Part shown: positions 39,685-50,203 of the stretch, one piece after another
Numbering within the stretch: position 1 is the stretch's first letter
Layout: every line of letters starts with the position of its first letter
From: Thecamonas trahens ATCC 50062
Taxonomy: Eukaryota; Protista; Apusomonadida
Reading direction: 5' to 3'
DNA length: 64,000 nt
Assembly: GCF_000142905.1 (NCBI RefSeq)
Contig: NW_013657667.1
Span: 130,801 to 194,800, forward strand
Made by a program: the position numbers and the translations under genes
The notes under the pieces: model-generated
What the model was told of the DNA's origin: nothing
The model's database searches: none
Seen by the model: the letters and a program-made list of their open reading frames with translations, nothing else

Positions 39685-41613
39685 TCATCCCCACCAGGCC
39701 TCCTTGAGCTTGACGGCGCCCTGGGCAAAGTCGTCGGTGGTAAGCGTGACGAGTGTGTCGATAGAGCCCGAGTCAAGGTCGAGGCGCATGTTGAGATGCT
39801 CAATAGCATTGTCGACGAGGCGCGACGAGAGGCCGCCGTTGTGCTTGGAGCGCTCGGTCGGCGAAAAGGCCGACGAAATGATGGGCGCGAGCTCGGTCTC
39901 AACGCCAGGAGCGAGCTTGAAGTTCTTGGAGGCGACCTTCTGGATGACGATCTGAACAAGCTCGTCCACCGAGTAGTCGGCAAAGTCAAAGGTGTACGAG
40001 ATGCGGCGCGAGAGGCCGGGGTTGACCGACTTGAACTCAGTCATCTCGTCGGCGTAGCCGGCAAAGATAAAGATGATGCGCTCGTCGCCAGGGTTCTGGC
40101 GAGTCATCTCGGTCATAAGCGTCTCGATGGCTTCCTTTCCAAAATCCTTCTTGCCGCCCGAGCTCAGCCGGTAGGCCTCGTCGATGAAGAGCACGCCACC
40201 TGCGGCGCGCTGGATGACGGCCTTGGTCTGGATGGCGGTCTGTCCGATGTAGCCGGCGACGAGGTCCTCGCGCGAGACCTCGACAAAGACATCGCGCGAG
40301 ATGAGGCCAATCTTGAAGAAGAGTGCGGCGAGGAGGCGGGCAACGGTGGTCTTTCCGGTTCCAGGGTTGCCAATGAGCACCATGTGATGGTCAGCCTTGG
40401 CGGTGACGGTGACACCGGCCAGCCGGCGGCGCTCGTTGAGCCGAATGGCCTTGAGCATGCGGCGCATCTGCTCCTTGACCTGCGAGAGGCCGACAATCTG
40501 GGCAAGCTGCGATTCGAGGTACTCGGAGATCTCATCGCGCGGGCCGTTGTCGACCTTCTCAAAGACCTGGGTGAGGAGCACGGCAACCGGATCGCTGGCG
40601 TCGGCAGCGGCGTGGGTTTCCCGGAGCGCGGCGAGGCCAGGCCAAGCCCGGATCCGCTGCAGCGCCTTGATGGATGCAGTAAGGATGGAGAGCATGTTGC
40701 CGGCGAGGACCTGGAGCTCCTCAATGGCCGACGCGTCGGCAAGAAGGCCGAGCATCGACTCGATGCCAGCACCGGCGACAAAGGCGTCGTCAAAGCCGGC
40801 GACGGCCCGAGCCTTGAGGGCGAGCAGCGTCTCGAGCGTGTGCGAGGCCGCGGTTGTGTTGTTCTCGCGGAGCGCGTCCGGCAGCTGGGCGACAAGCGCC
40901 TCCACCACTGTCGACGCTGTCTTGGGGTTCTTCTCTGCCAGATACTCGACAGCCGAGTGGAGCATGCCATGGAAGAGGTCCTTGGTAGTGGCCTCGTCCG
41001 AGTTGGTGGAAACGAGCGAAATGTTGTGCAGGGCAACGAGGGCCTGAAGCTCGGCCTTGGCCTTGGACTCGACACGGTGTTGCTTCTCCATCTCTAGGAA
41101 CTGCTTGTAGATCGACGCGTTGTCCTTCTTGAGCTTTTCATACTCTTCCGCGTCGACAGTGACCGTCGAGCCCGAAGGCGACGGGCCGTCGGGCTTGGAC
41201 GCTGCCGCCGGCGGCGGTGCCCCGTTCTCGAGGTTGTTGCGCCGAGCGCGGAGGACCTCGATCTGCGACGGGCCCGCACGCGACGGATCAGCACCGCCAG
41301 CGCCGACATGCGAGGTCGGCCGCGAGCCCGGTGCCGGGCCGGCCTCGACCATGCCCTTGGCCGAGTACCCGATGATGAGCTTGGTCTCGCCATCGCCAAG
41401 CGTGATGACGTCGCCGTCCTGCAGCAGCGTCTCGGCCTGGGACTGAACCCGGCGCTTGTTCAGGAACGTGCCGTACCGCGAGACATCCTCCAGTGTGAGC
41501 AACGGTGGGTCTTCTGCCACAGGCGACTCGGTGGCGCGGAGGTTGAGATGATGGCGCGAGACGGAGCCGTCGTCGATGAGCACATCACAGTCGACCCGAC
41601 CAGCCTTGTACAT
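39685..41613 (-). CDS. FHA domain + coiled coil/ARM-like linker + CbbX/SpoVK-type AAA+ ATPase; 5' end uncertain
   Basis: FHA GR..SVSRHH..D.SRYGTFLN; AAA IVGLSQVKEQ, HMVLIGNPGTGKTTVAR, LVAGYIGQTA, GGVLFIDEAYRL, DFGKEAIETL, FIFAGY, NPGLSRR and FADYS. Confidence 0.88.
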   Translation of the reverse strand: MYKAGRVDCDVLIDDGSVSRHHLNLRATESPVAEDPPLLTLEDVSRYGTFLNKRRVQSQAETLLQDGDVITLGDGETKLIIGYSAKGMVEAGPAPGSRPTSHVGAGGADPSRAGPSQIEVLRARRNNLENGAPPPAAASKPDGPSPSGSTVTVDAEEYEKLKKDNASIYKQFLEMEKQHRVESKAKAELQALVALHNISLVSTNSDEATTKDLFHGMLHSAVEYLAEKNPKTASTVVEALVAQLPDALRENNTTAASHTLETLLALKARAVAGFDDAFVAGAGIESMLGLLADASAIEELQVLAGNMLSILTASIKALQRIRAWPGLAALRETHAAADASDPVAVLLTQVFEKVDNGPRDEISEYLESQLAQIVGLSQVKEQMRRMLKAIRLNERRRLAGVTVTAKADHHMVLIGNPGTGKTTVARLLAALFFKIGLISRDVFVEVSREDLVAGYIGQTAIQTKAVIQRAAGGVLFIDEAYRLSSGGKKDFGKEAIETLMTEMTRQNPGDERIIFIFAGYADEMTEFKSVNPGLSRRISYTFDFADYSVDELVQIVIQKVASKNFKLAPGVETELAPIISSAFSPTERSKHNGGLSSRLVDNAIEHLNMRLDLDSGSIDTLVTLTTDDFAQGAVKLKEAWWG

Positions 41614-41913
41614 CTTGCCCGGCTTGACCCAGAACAGCTGCGCTGTCCTCGTTCAATGCATCATCAAGTGAGTGGCAGAAGCAAGTCAGGGAAGGTGGTG
41701 GTGGTGGTCATGGTCATGGTGGTGGTCATGGTGGTGGTGGTAAAAGTCAAATTTTGCGCATAACGGGCGACGCTGTCACTCACGCGCCAAAACAGAGAAG
41801 CATGCCGGTGGCAGGCCAAGTGGGATGGGGGTGGGGGTGGGATGGAGATAGAATATAAAGAGGGGAAAGGGGGAGAGGGGGTGCAGATGGGGAAGATGAA
41901 GATGAAGAGGAGA

Positions 41914-42013
41914 NNNNNNNNNNNNNNNNNNNNNNNNNNNNNNNNNNNNNNNNNNNNNNNNNNNNNNNNNNNNNNNNNNNNNNNNNNNNNNNNNNNNNNN
42001 NNNNNNNNNNNNN
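41914..42013. other. Assembly gap (100 N)
   Basis: Run of N. Confidence 1.
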
Positions 42014-42597
42014 ACACATTCCCTTTTTCCCCTCATCCTGCGGCGGAAAGGTGTATACCCGTACCTACCAAATACTTCGCACGGCTCTCTCAGTGCACGA
42101 ACTTATAGTGAGTCCTATATCCACAATTTATTCCGATCTGTTTAAACGAGACGACCTCGGTCGGCTAATGGGGTCGTGGGGACCTAAGCGCCGGCTTTCA
42201 AGGTGGTCGGCTGAAGGGAGTGCGCCAAAGGTGTCCAAGGTCGTCCATCACGCGCCGCCACAGCCATGCGGGAAATGGGGGTGGGGGGTGGGTAGGGATC
42301 GCGTAGAGAAGCACAAAGTGGGGGAGGTGGTGGGTGGGGGAGTGACGCAAGCTGGGAGGTGGTTGGGAGTATGGATTGGTACGTACGTGGCTGGTGGACG
42401 TTGGTCTCCGAGTCGTGCGCATGCAGAGTGACCTTCCACATTGCCGCTTTGTTGATGCGGAGAGGAATGCTACGGTCAATGGCCGCAGCCGACAGCCGAC
42501 GAATGGTCATTGACGGCCAACGCCAGCGACTCGACACACACCGCTTTCATTCAATCCATAGAGCTGATCACGACATGTGTCACTTCCTGCAGACAAG

Positions 42598-44142
42598 CTA
42601 TGGCTGGGCTTGGGGGAGCGGCCAGCGGGCGAGCTCGGCGAGCGGGAGCGGCTCGCACGGGAGATGGTACTCACGGCGATGGGCCGCTTCTTCCGAGATG
42701 GGTAGACGCTCGTAAAGGACAAGATCAAAGTCGGCGAGCGGCGGGACGGCGTGCGGCGAGGTCGAAGGATCAAGGCCGAGGCCGAGGCGGAGCGCAAGAT
42801 CGTAGAGGTCGACGTAGTGGACGGCGGCGTAGTTCTTGGCGAGGGTGATGTGCGAGGCGGTCTTCGGCTTGATCTCGACGCGGCGCTGGAACGAGGTGGT
42901 GACAATCGGAATGAGGGCGTCGACAAAGGTGACGAGCGGAGCGCCGGCAACCGAGAGCACAACGTGCATGTCGTTCTGGACGAGGCCATTGAGAGAGAGT
43001 CCCGCTGGCGCCCCGTAGGTGGCGAGCATCCACTCGACGACAGCGAGCATGCTGTCGCGCATGCCGTACGGCACCTTGAAGAACGAAGTGAGTGAAATGT
43101 GCGGCATAGCATAGAGGTGAGCATCGTTAAAGCCGAGCTCGGTCCGTGACACGTGCCAGTACGCATCGAGTGCCGAGCGGAGCGCGCTTCCGTGCCGCGG
43201 CTCGGCGTACAGAATGAGCGACGGCCTGTGCTCTGGTAGCGGACGCGGGACCGGGTAGCAGGCCGAGGCCAGCCACCGGGCAGCGTCATCAACTACACCC
43301 GAGTCGACAACGTGGACGCCTGGGTAGGCCTCGACAAGTCCGGCGACGAGAGCACCGAGCCGTGGCGTCGAATCCGGGCACCACAGTGCGACTGCAGGCG
43401 CGCGCGGCGTCGCCAGCACACGACCCAGCTCGGGCAGCGCCGGCTCGGTCAACAGCGCGTGGTACGCCGTCCGTCGTGACGAGCTTGGTACGGGAGACCC
43501 AAGCTGGGCGGGCAGCGACGACGCGTCCGAGTCGCCGGCGTGGCCGAGCGAGGCCGTCCAAGCACCCGGCTCGCCGGGTATCGGCATGCTTGCGGTCCGC
43601 AACAGCAGCGATGACGACGCTGCCGCCACCACCCCGCCTCCCCCATTGCCACCGCTTCTACCACCGCCACCGCTACCGCCACCGCTACCGCAAGCGTTGC
43701 CAGTTGCGAGCTCACCACGCGGCGCGTACACCGCCGCCGACGCGATCATGCGGGCCGTTGGGCGGGCAAGTGGAAGCGGAACAACGGTGATGCCCAGTGG
43801 GGCCAGCGCCCGACGGACCTCGGCCGCGATGGCCACCGAGGTGGTGGCGACGGCAACCCTCATGTGCTGCTGCCTGTGGCACTGTCCGCCGTTTGCCTCG
43901 TCTCGGTCATCACCACCGTCCGTGCAGTCATCTGCGGCATCTACCCGGTCCCCGCCGTTCAGCACTGCAGTCTCCGAGCGCATACTCTGACCACCTCCGC
44001 CGTTTCCACTTGCGCTACTCGTCGTACTCGGCATCGCCTCTGTCGCCAGCAGTCCAGTCTGTGCCGATGCGTGGGCGTGGGCAAGAGCGTGGGTGAGCGC
44101 TGCCGGCTCGGCCACAGCTGGTACAGACGCGGAAGCCTGCAT
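42598..44142 (-). CDS. 2H phosphoesterase-domain protein (UBASH3/Sts-like 2H type) with low-complexity N-terminus
   Basis: Two HxS/T motifs about 90 aa apart: NDAHLYAMPHISLTSFF and SHITLAKNY. Also LILYAEP at the start of the domain and FDLVLYER at its end. Confidence 0.68.
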   Translation of the reverse strand: MQASASVPAVAEPAALTHALAHAHASAQTGLLATEAMPSTTSSASGNGGGGQSMRSETAVLNGGDRVDAADDCTDGGDDRDEANGGQCHRQQHMRVAVATTSVAIAAEVRRALAPLGITVVPLPLARPTARMIASAAVYAPRGELATGNACGSGGGSGGGGRSGGNGGGGVVAAASSSLLLRTASMPIPGEPGAWTASLGHAGDSDASSLPAQLGSPVPSSSRRTAYHALLTEPALPELGRVLATPRAPAVALWCPDSTPRLGALVAGLVEAYPGVHVVDSGVVDDAARWLASACYPVPRPLPEHRPSLILYAEPRHGSALRSALDAYWHVSRTELGFNDAHLYAMPHISLTSFFKVPYGMRDSMLAVVEWMLATYGAPAGLSLNGLVQNDMHVVLSVAGAPLVTFVDALIPIVTTSFQRRVEIKPKTASHITLAKNYAAVHYVDLYDLALRLGLGLDPSTSPHAVPPLADFDLVLYERLPISEEAAHRREYHLPCEPLPLAELARWPLPQAQP

Positions 44143-44611
44143 GGGATTGGAGAGGTGGAGACTGCTCCCGTCAAGAGTGCGCGCCTTGTGGGTGTCTGCT
44201 GTTGTAGTTCAGCTAGAGAAGTGGTTGACGCACTGGTTGGCCCTTGCCCCTTCCCTTGGTGGTCGTGTTTGCTGGCCGGCTGACTGGCTGACCGGTTGGC
44301 TGGTTGGCTTGGTTGGTTGGCGGGTCAGCCGGTTGGCCATGCGGAGCCGGGTTTTTGGCGGGCTGAACGACAACGTTCGACCAACGCCGCATTTGGGCGA
44401 GTTTGGCGCGCAGGCAGCGGCAGTCTGACCAACCACACACACCGACGAACCAGCCACACACACGGGTGCAGCAACTGCCACCACCACCACCACCACCACC
44501 ACCGCCACCACAACCACAAGCACTTGACCACTCCACACATACACATATACACATACCACCACCACCCCTAACCTACACCCCCCGTCCCCACGCACCCTCA
44601 CGTCCTCTGTC

Positions 44612-46671
44612 ATGAACGTCCCGTCGACGGCGCTGCCAGGGGCGACGGCGGCAGGCTTCCGGGTTGGCTCGAACCAAGCCATCCCGCCGGGCCAGTACAC
44701 GCGAGTCATCTACTCGCTCGTCCAAGCTGGAGAGTATCAGGAGGTAATCCGTCTGCTAGCGGCTGAGCTGCAGAACTTCCCCGACTCGCGGGCGGCGCTC
44801 TCGCTCACGGCCTACTGCCACGTCTCCATGGAGGCGTACGAGCTGGCGAGCGCGTTCTACGAGCGGCTGGTCCGGCTCCACAGCGAAGTGGAGGAGTACA
44901 AGCTGGCGCACGCGCAGTGCCTGTACAAGACTGGCCGGTTCGAGGAAGCCCAACGCGTGCTCCTTGCTGTGGAGGACAAGGCTTATGCCGGCGAAGTGCT
45001 CAAGCTCCAGGCGTGCATCAAGTACGACGAGGACGATGTGGCGTCGACCCGCGCAGTCATTGAGCAGTGCCCGCAAGACGACGTTGAGACGCTCATCAAC
45101 CGCGGATGCCTCGACTACAAAGAGGGCAAGTTCTCCGAGGCGCTGGCTAAGTTTTCCGACGCGCTCGACCGCGGTGGCTTCTCGGGTGTGGTGGCGTACT
45201 CGGTTGCGCTCTGCTACTTCCGTCTCCAGCAGCATGACTCTGCGCTCGAGTGGCTGACCAAGATTGTGGACCGAGCGGTGGTGGACCACCCCGAGTTCCC
45301 CATCGCCGCCATCGAGCAGGGCCTCGACGTGCGGGTGGTGCCCAACTCGCGGACGCTGCACGAGACGGCGCTTGTTCAGGCCTTTAACCTCCGCGCCGCC
45401 ATCCTGTTTGTCAAGGGCGACAAGAGCTCGGCGAGCGAGGCGCTCCGGTGCATGCCGCCGCGGCGCGAGGAAGACCTCGATCCGGTCACGCTCCACAACT
45501 CGGCGCTGTTCAACATGGACCACGATCCACAGGCCGGGTTCGAAAAGTTCCGCTTCCTCCTCCTCTCCAACCCGTGCCCGCCCGAGACCTTTGCCAACCT
45601 TCTGCTCCTCTACTGCAAGCTCGCCTTCTACGACATGGCCGCCGACATCATGACCGAGTACGCCGACATGACTGCAAAGTGCCTCACGCCCGAGCTCTTT
45701 GAGTACATTGACGCTACCATCATCCAGCAGACCGCGCCCGAGGAGGCCTACCGCAAGTTCGACGCCCTGGCCACCTCGCACGTCGCCAACCTCCGCCTAC
45801 TCATCAAGAAGCTTCAGCAGGCGGTCAACCTCGACAACTTTGCCCTCTCCGAGGCGCTTGCCGAGTACGACGCCGCCCTCAAGGCCTACATCCCGGTCCT
45901 CATGGCCCAGGCCAAAATCTACTGGGACCGCGAGAACTTTTCCAAGGTCGAATCCATCCTCTTCCAGTCGGTCGAGTTCTTCTATCTTGATGTCGAGGAG
46001 GACCCGCGGGTCAAGGAGCTCATGCGCCGCATGGGCGAGACCGCCCTCGACTCGGAGGTGTGGAAGCTCAACCTTGCCCATGCTTTTTCATGCAGCCCGG
46101 CAAGCACGTCGACGCCCTCAAGTACTACGAGCCCATCGTCCGCAAGCACGCCGACGCCCTCATCGACAACGTCCCGGCCATCGTCCTCGCCAACCTCTGC
46201 GTCTCGTACGTTCTCGACTCCAAGAACCAAGTCGCCCAGGAGGTCATCCGCCGCGTCGAGCGCGAGGAGGAGGATGCGCTCAAGATCGATCCCTCACGCC
46301 CGCTCTACCACTCGTGCGTCATGCATCTCGTCGTTGGCACTCTCTACGTCGCCCGCTCGCACTACACCTTTGGCATCTCCCGCATCATCCAGTCGTTCGA
46401 CCCCATCGAGCGCAAGCTCAATGCCGACACCTGGTTCTACGCCAAGCGCTGCTTCCTTGCCGCCATCCGCGTCCTTGCCTCGCACGGCGCCCTCTTCCAA
46501 GACGAGACCCTCGCCTCGATGCTCGACTTTCTCGAGGCCGCAGAGCGCGTCGGCTCCTCCATCCAGACTGTCATCTCGTACCTTCCCGAGCATCCGGTCG
46601 ATGCCACATCCAACGTTGCCCATGAGGCTCGCGAGCTCAAGCACATCCTGCTTCGGCTGGCCAACTACTGA
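44612..46671 (+). CDS. IFT70: Intraflagellar transport protein IFT70 (TTC30/DYF-1/fleer); one-base frameshift near 46085
   Basis: GQYTRVIYSL, SRAALSL, LHETALVQAFNL, MPPRREEDLDPVTLHN, PPETFANLLLLYCK, YIPVLMAQAKIYW, then AIVLANLCVSY and DTWFYAKRC. One T is missing in the T run (HAFFMQ). Confidence 0.95.
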
Positions 46672-47516
46672 GAGTTTGGCCAATCGGTAGTTGTCCCCCC
46701 CCCCCTCCCTATCCACTATGTGTGCGCCGCCAGGCAGGAGGGGGAGTGTGCCTGAACGCGACGTGCGCCGATCTCGACTCTGGTGTACATCATGCTCAAA
46801 CAAAACAGCACGAGACAGCACAAAGCAGGCAAGCCAATCATCTCTCCAGTTGAACATCCATACACGGGACTGCTTGACTCTCAGTCCGTTCATCAGGAAG
46901 GTCGAATGGGAATGTTGCATTGGCCGCTAGCTGCGAGTTAGCGACGACTACAGTCGCCTTCATAGTACGCCCTCGAAGCCGGTGTCCATGGTCTTGCTAG
47001 CTGCTTAAGTCGTGCGATCATGTGTGTGTGACACAGCCAACACGAGCATCATGTACCACAGTGCGGATCGTCATTGGACCGCGTGTGTGTGTAAATCAGT
47101 TTGATGATGTAGACTAGAGGGTCCGCAGTCCATGAACGGCGATCTTCGTACCACCGTCTCCCCCCCCACCTGGAAAAGCATGCACACACCAGATACCGTG
47201 TATGACCACAGCAACGACCACTTACACATGCCATCGCCAATAGTTACAACCCCATACCCTAATCACAATCCCCTAAGCAACGTATCTCAGTTACGTGCTT
47301 GGACTCTGTACCCGCAAAAACCGCCGTCTCCAGCAAGCAGTCACACCACGCCGGGCCACTTGGCGACGCAAGTGCACTGACACCGCCACCAACCCCTGCC
47401 TGCTCACTCGCTCATCCCTCGCCACCCTTCCACACGTCACGCCACCCTCGGTTCTCTCTCCCCTCCCCCCCTCCCTCCCCCCCCCCCCCCTCCCCTTCGC
47501 CGCGGACAGGCTAACC

Positions 47517-49262
47517 ATGAGCGCCGGCGTATGGGAGCTGGACTCTTTCTTTCTGGAGCTCTTCCTCATGTTTGCCATTCTTGTCATTCTCATCCTCTTT
47601 GCCTACTTTCTGCGACATCACCAAGTCCGAGTCCTGCATGAGACTGGCGTGGCAGTGGTCCTTGGTGCTGTCATCGGCAAAATCATCCGGTTGGCGGCGC
47701 CCGAGGACCAGCTGACTTCGTTTGTCTCGTTCTCCTCGCGCACCTTTTACGTCGCGGCTCTCCCGCCCATCATCTTCAATTCGGGCTACAACATGAAGCG
47801 CCGGCGGTTCTTCACCAATCTCTCTCCGATTCTGACCTACGCCTTTTGCGGCACCATCCTCGCCTTTGCCGCCACCTCGCTCGCTATGATCGCCCTCGGC
47901 TCGCTCGGCCTGCACTCGTGGTCCAACGTCGAGTGCTTCATCTTTGGCTCGCTCATCTCGGCCACCGATCCGGTCTCCACCCTCGCCATTATGGAGTCGA
48001 CGCCTGTCTCAGAAGATCTCTTCGCCATTGTGCTTGGCGAGTCGGTCTTCAACGACGCCGTCGCCATCGTCCTTCACACCACCACCCTCACCTTTCTGCA
48101 CTCGTCGCTCTCTGCGGCTTCGGTTGTCGCCGCCATCCTCTTCTTCCTCGGCGTCTTTATCGGCTCCGTCTGCATCGGCCTCGGCGCTGGCCTTCTCACT
48201 TCGTACATTCTCAAGGTCACTCGCCTCCGCGACCATCCGTATCTGGAGCAGTCGTTCCTCATGGCCATGGCCTACGCCGCGTACTTTTTGGCTCAGGGCC
48301 TCGATCTCTCGGGCATTGTCACCATCCTCTTCTGCGGTGTGACCATGGCCCACTACGCTTACGCCAACCTCCGCCCGTCGTCGCGCAAGATCACAAAGTC
48401 GTCGTTCCACTTTCTCTCGTACATTGCCGAGACCTTTGTCTTTCTCTACCTCGGCTTTGCGCTCTTCGCCTTTCCGCAAGACTACAACGTGCTGCTCATT
48501 GTGGCCACCGCACTCGTCCTCCTTGTCACCCGTGGACTGCACATCTTCCCTTTTGGCTTTGTCCTCAACAAGTCGCGCTCGTCGCGCCGCCGCCTTTCTC
48601 CCCCCATGCTCAAGTTCCTCTGGTTTGCCGGCCTCCGCGGTGCCATCGCTTTTGCGCTCGCCATCGAGATGCCGACAGAGAATGCGACTTCGGTCCGGAC
48701 TGTCACCCTTGTCCTCGCCCTCGCCTCCATCCTCGGCATGGGGGGTGCCACCTATCCGGTTCTTTCCATGCTGGGTCTTGTGACGCTGCCCGATGGGCCT
48801 GAAGACATTGCCGCCGACGACACCGGCGCCGGCGTTCCGCTCGAGACACTCACCGCGGCGACGCCCGACGGTATTCTGGTCGGCTCGCCTGCAAATGTCC
48901 CCATTGCTGCTCGCGCTCGCCACGAGCGCATGCTCTCGCGCTCCGAGAACTTCTTCATCACCTTTGATCGTCGCTACCTCAAGCCGCTGTTTGTGCGCAA
49001 CTACGCGCCGCATGCGCCGCGCGTGGCGCGCGAGACCGGCCCCAGTGGACTCGCCTTTTCGCGCTCTATCTCGTCGCATTCGTCGGTCGAGGACGCCGTG
49101 CACGCGCCCTCGGCCCCGGGCCACACCGCTGTCGCCGCTGCGGGCGCTGTCTACGTTCCGCGCGGCCGCTGGGGCAACTCGTCGTCGGGCTCGGGCTCGG
49201 CCACCCTCGCCGACCTCGATCGTCCGGGCGCCCGCTCCGAGTACTCGTCGTCGGACTTGTAG
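47517..49262 (+). CDS. Na+/H+ exchanger, CPA1 family, intracellular NHE8/NHX type
   Basis: LPPIIFNSGY, FGSLISATDPVSTLAI, GESVFNDAVAIVL, LSGIVTILFCG, AETFVFLYLG and GLRGAIAFALA. Confidence 0.93.
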   Translation: MSAGVWELDSFFLELFLMFAILVILILFAYFLRHHQVRVLHETGVAVVLGAVIGKIIRLAAPEDQLTSFVSFSSRTFYVAALPPIIFNSGYNMKRRRFFTNLSPILTYAFCGTILAFAATSLAMIALGSLGLHSWSNVECFIFGSLISATDPVSTLAIMESTPVSEDLFAIVLGESVFNDAVAIVLHTTTLTFLHSSLSAASVVAAILFFLGVFIGSVCIGLGAGLLTSYILKVTRLRDHPYLEQSFLMAMAYAAYFLAQGLDLSGIVTILFCGVTMAHYAYANLRPSSRKITKSSFHFLSYIAETFVFLYLGFALFAFPQDYNVLLIVATALVLLVTRGLHIFPFGFVLNKSRSSRRRLSPPMLKFLWFAGLRGAIAFALAIEMPTENATSVRTVTLVLALASILGMGGATYPVLSMLGLVTLPDGPEDIAADDTGAGVPLETLTAATPDGILVGSPANVPIAARARHERMLSRSENFFITFDRRYLKPLFVRNYAPHAPRVARETGPSGLAFSRSISSHSSVEDAVHAPSAPGHTAVAAAGAVYVPRGRWGNSSSGSGSATLADLDRPGARSEYSSSDL

Positions 49263-49267
49263 CCACG

Positions 49268-49648
49268 CTACCGTTGCCCAGCTTCCAGTGCCTGTAGCTT
49301 CTCCTCGATCGCCACCATGTACGACCGATACAACAAAGCCATGTCGCGCTGGTCCTGCATCAGCGACACCATCGCGTTCTCCAGATTGCCTACCGAGTTC
49401 TCGACCTGCTCTAGTGTCATCGCCGCCGCCGCCGCCGCCGCTTCGCGCCGTCCTGCGCCCGTGCCCACCCGCACCCCGCCGCCGCGCCCACCCCGACCGT
49501 GTCCTCGTTCACTGCGCCCCCCGCCTCTACGCCTGCCACCGCGCCTGCCGTCACCACGCCCGCGCGCCAAGCCCGACCCACCAGACCGCGACCCACCAGA
49601 CCGCGACCCACCAGACCGCGACGCTCGCACCGCTCCTCGTCCCGACAT
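49268..49648 (-). CDS. Small RG/RGG-rich protein with C-terminal coiled coil (126 aa)
   Basis: ATG-initiated ORF with (SRSGG)x3 and RGG tracts followed by amphipathic MTLEQVENSVGNLEN..IEEKLQALE. The stop abuts the NHE stop. Confidence 0.5.
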   Translation of the reverse strand: MSGRGAVRASRSGGSRSGGSRSGGSGLARGRGDGRRGGRRRGGGRSERGHGRGGRGGGVRVGTGAGRREAAAAAAAMTLEQVENSVGNLENAMVSLMQDQRDMALLYRSYMVAIEEKLQALEAGQR

Positions 49649-49930
49649 TCACTCTACAGAGCAGTGGGCAGTCGGCAGTGAGAGTAAACACAGTCCCTGA
49701 ACCCGGTGCCCCCCCCCCCCCCCCCCCTCCTCAACTTGGTATCCTGTACAAATTTGGGGCCGCTTCGCGCATCCCCAACCAAACCGCGGGGAATCAACTT
49801 CGTTGTGTTTTTCTTTTTCACCATCTAACGTCTTCGGCTTCGCAGCTCACCCTTAACGCGGTCCAGTGCCACGTATATATAATCTTAATGTTTTGTTTAA
49901 CAAATCCTGGTCTTGCCTTTTTCTCTTCGC

Positions 49931-50030
49931 NNNNNNNNNNNNNNNNNNNNNNNNNNNNNNNNNNNNNNNNNNNNNNNNNNNNNNNNNNNNNNNNNNNNNN
50001 NNNNNNNNNNNNNNNNNNNNNNNNNNNNNN
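49931..50030. other. Assembly gap (100 N)
   Basis: Run of N. Confidence 1.
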
Positions 50031-50203
50031 CCCCCCCTCCGCCCTGCGCCAACCGGTTGTCCATTTGGCGCCACCAGCCGCCCACCCGGACACCAACCAC
50101 CGCCCAGCCCACCCGCCTGCCACCACCATCACATCGAAGCCAGTTTCCAATTATGACCACGATCCCGATCCGATCAACGCCCCCCTTCCCTCCCTCCCCT
50201 CCG

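Noticed and set aside
39796-41097. Long antisense ORFs opposite real genes (also 36073-37059, 44756-45781, 48009-49124, 55325-56299)
   Set aside because: Expected shadows of high-GC3 coding sequence; no independent motifs.
42104-42147. TATAGTGAGTC (partial reverse T7 promoter), TTCCGATCT and a PmeI site next to a gap
   Set aside because: Short imperfect matches at a contig end: chance or low-quality vector/adapter remnant, not biology. A VecScreen search would settle it.
46930-47300. Possible ncRNA in the IFT70-NHE intergenic region (TGATGA near 47102)
   Set aside because: No matching D box, terminal stem or recognisable guide.
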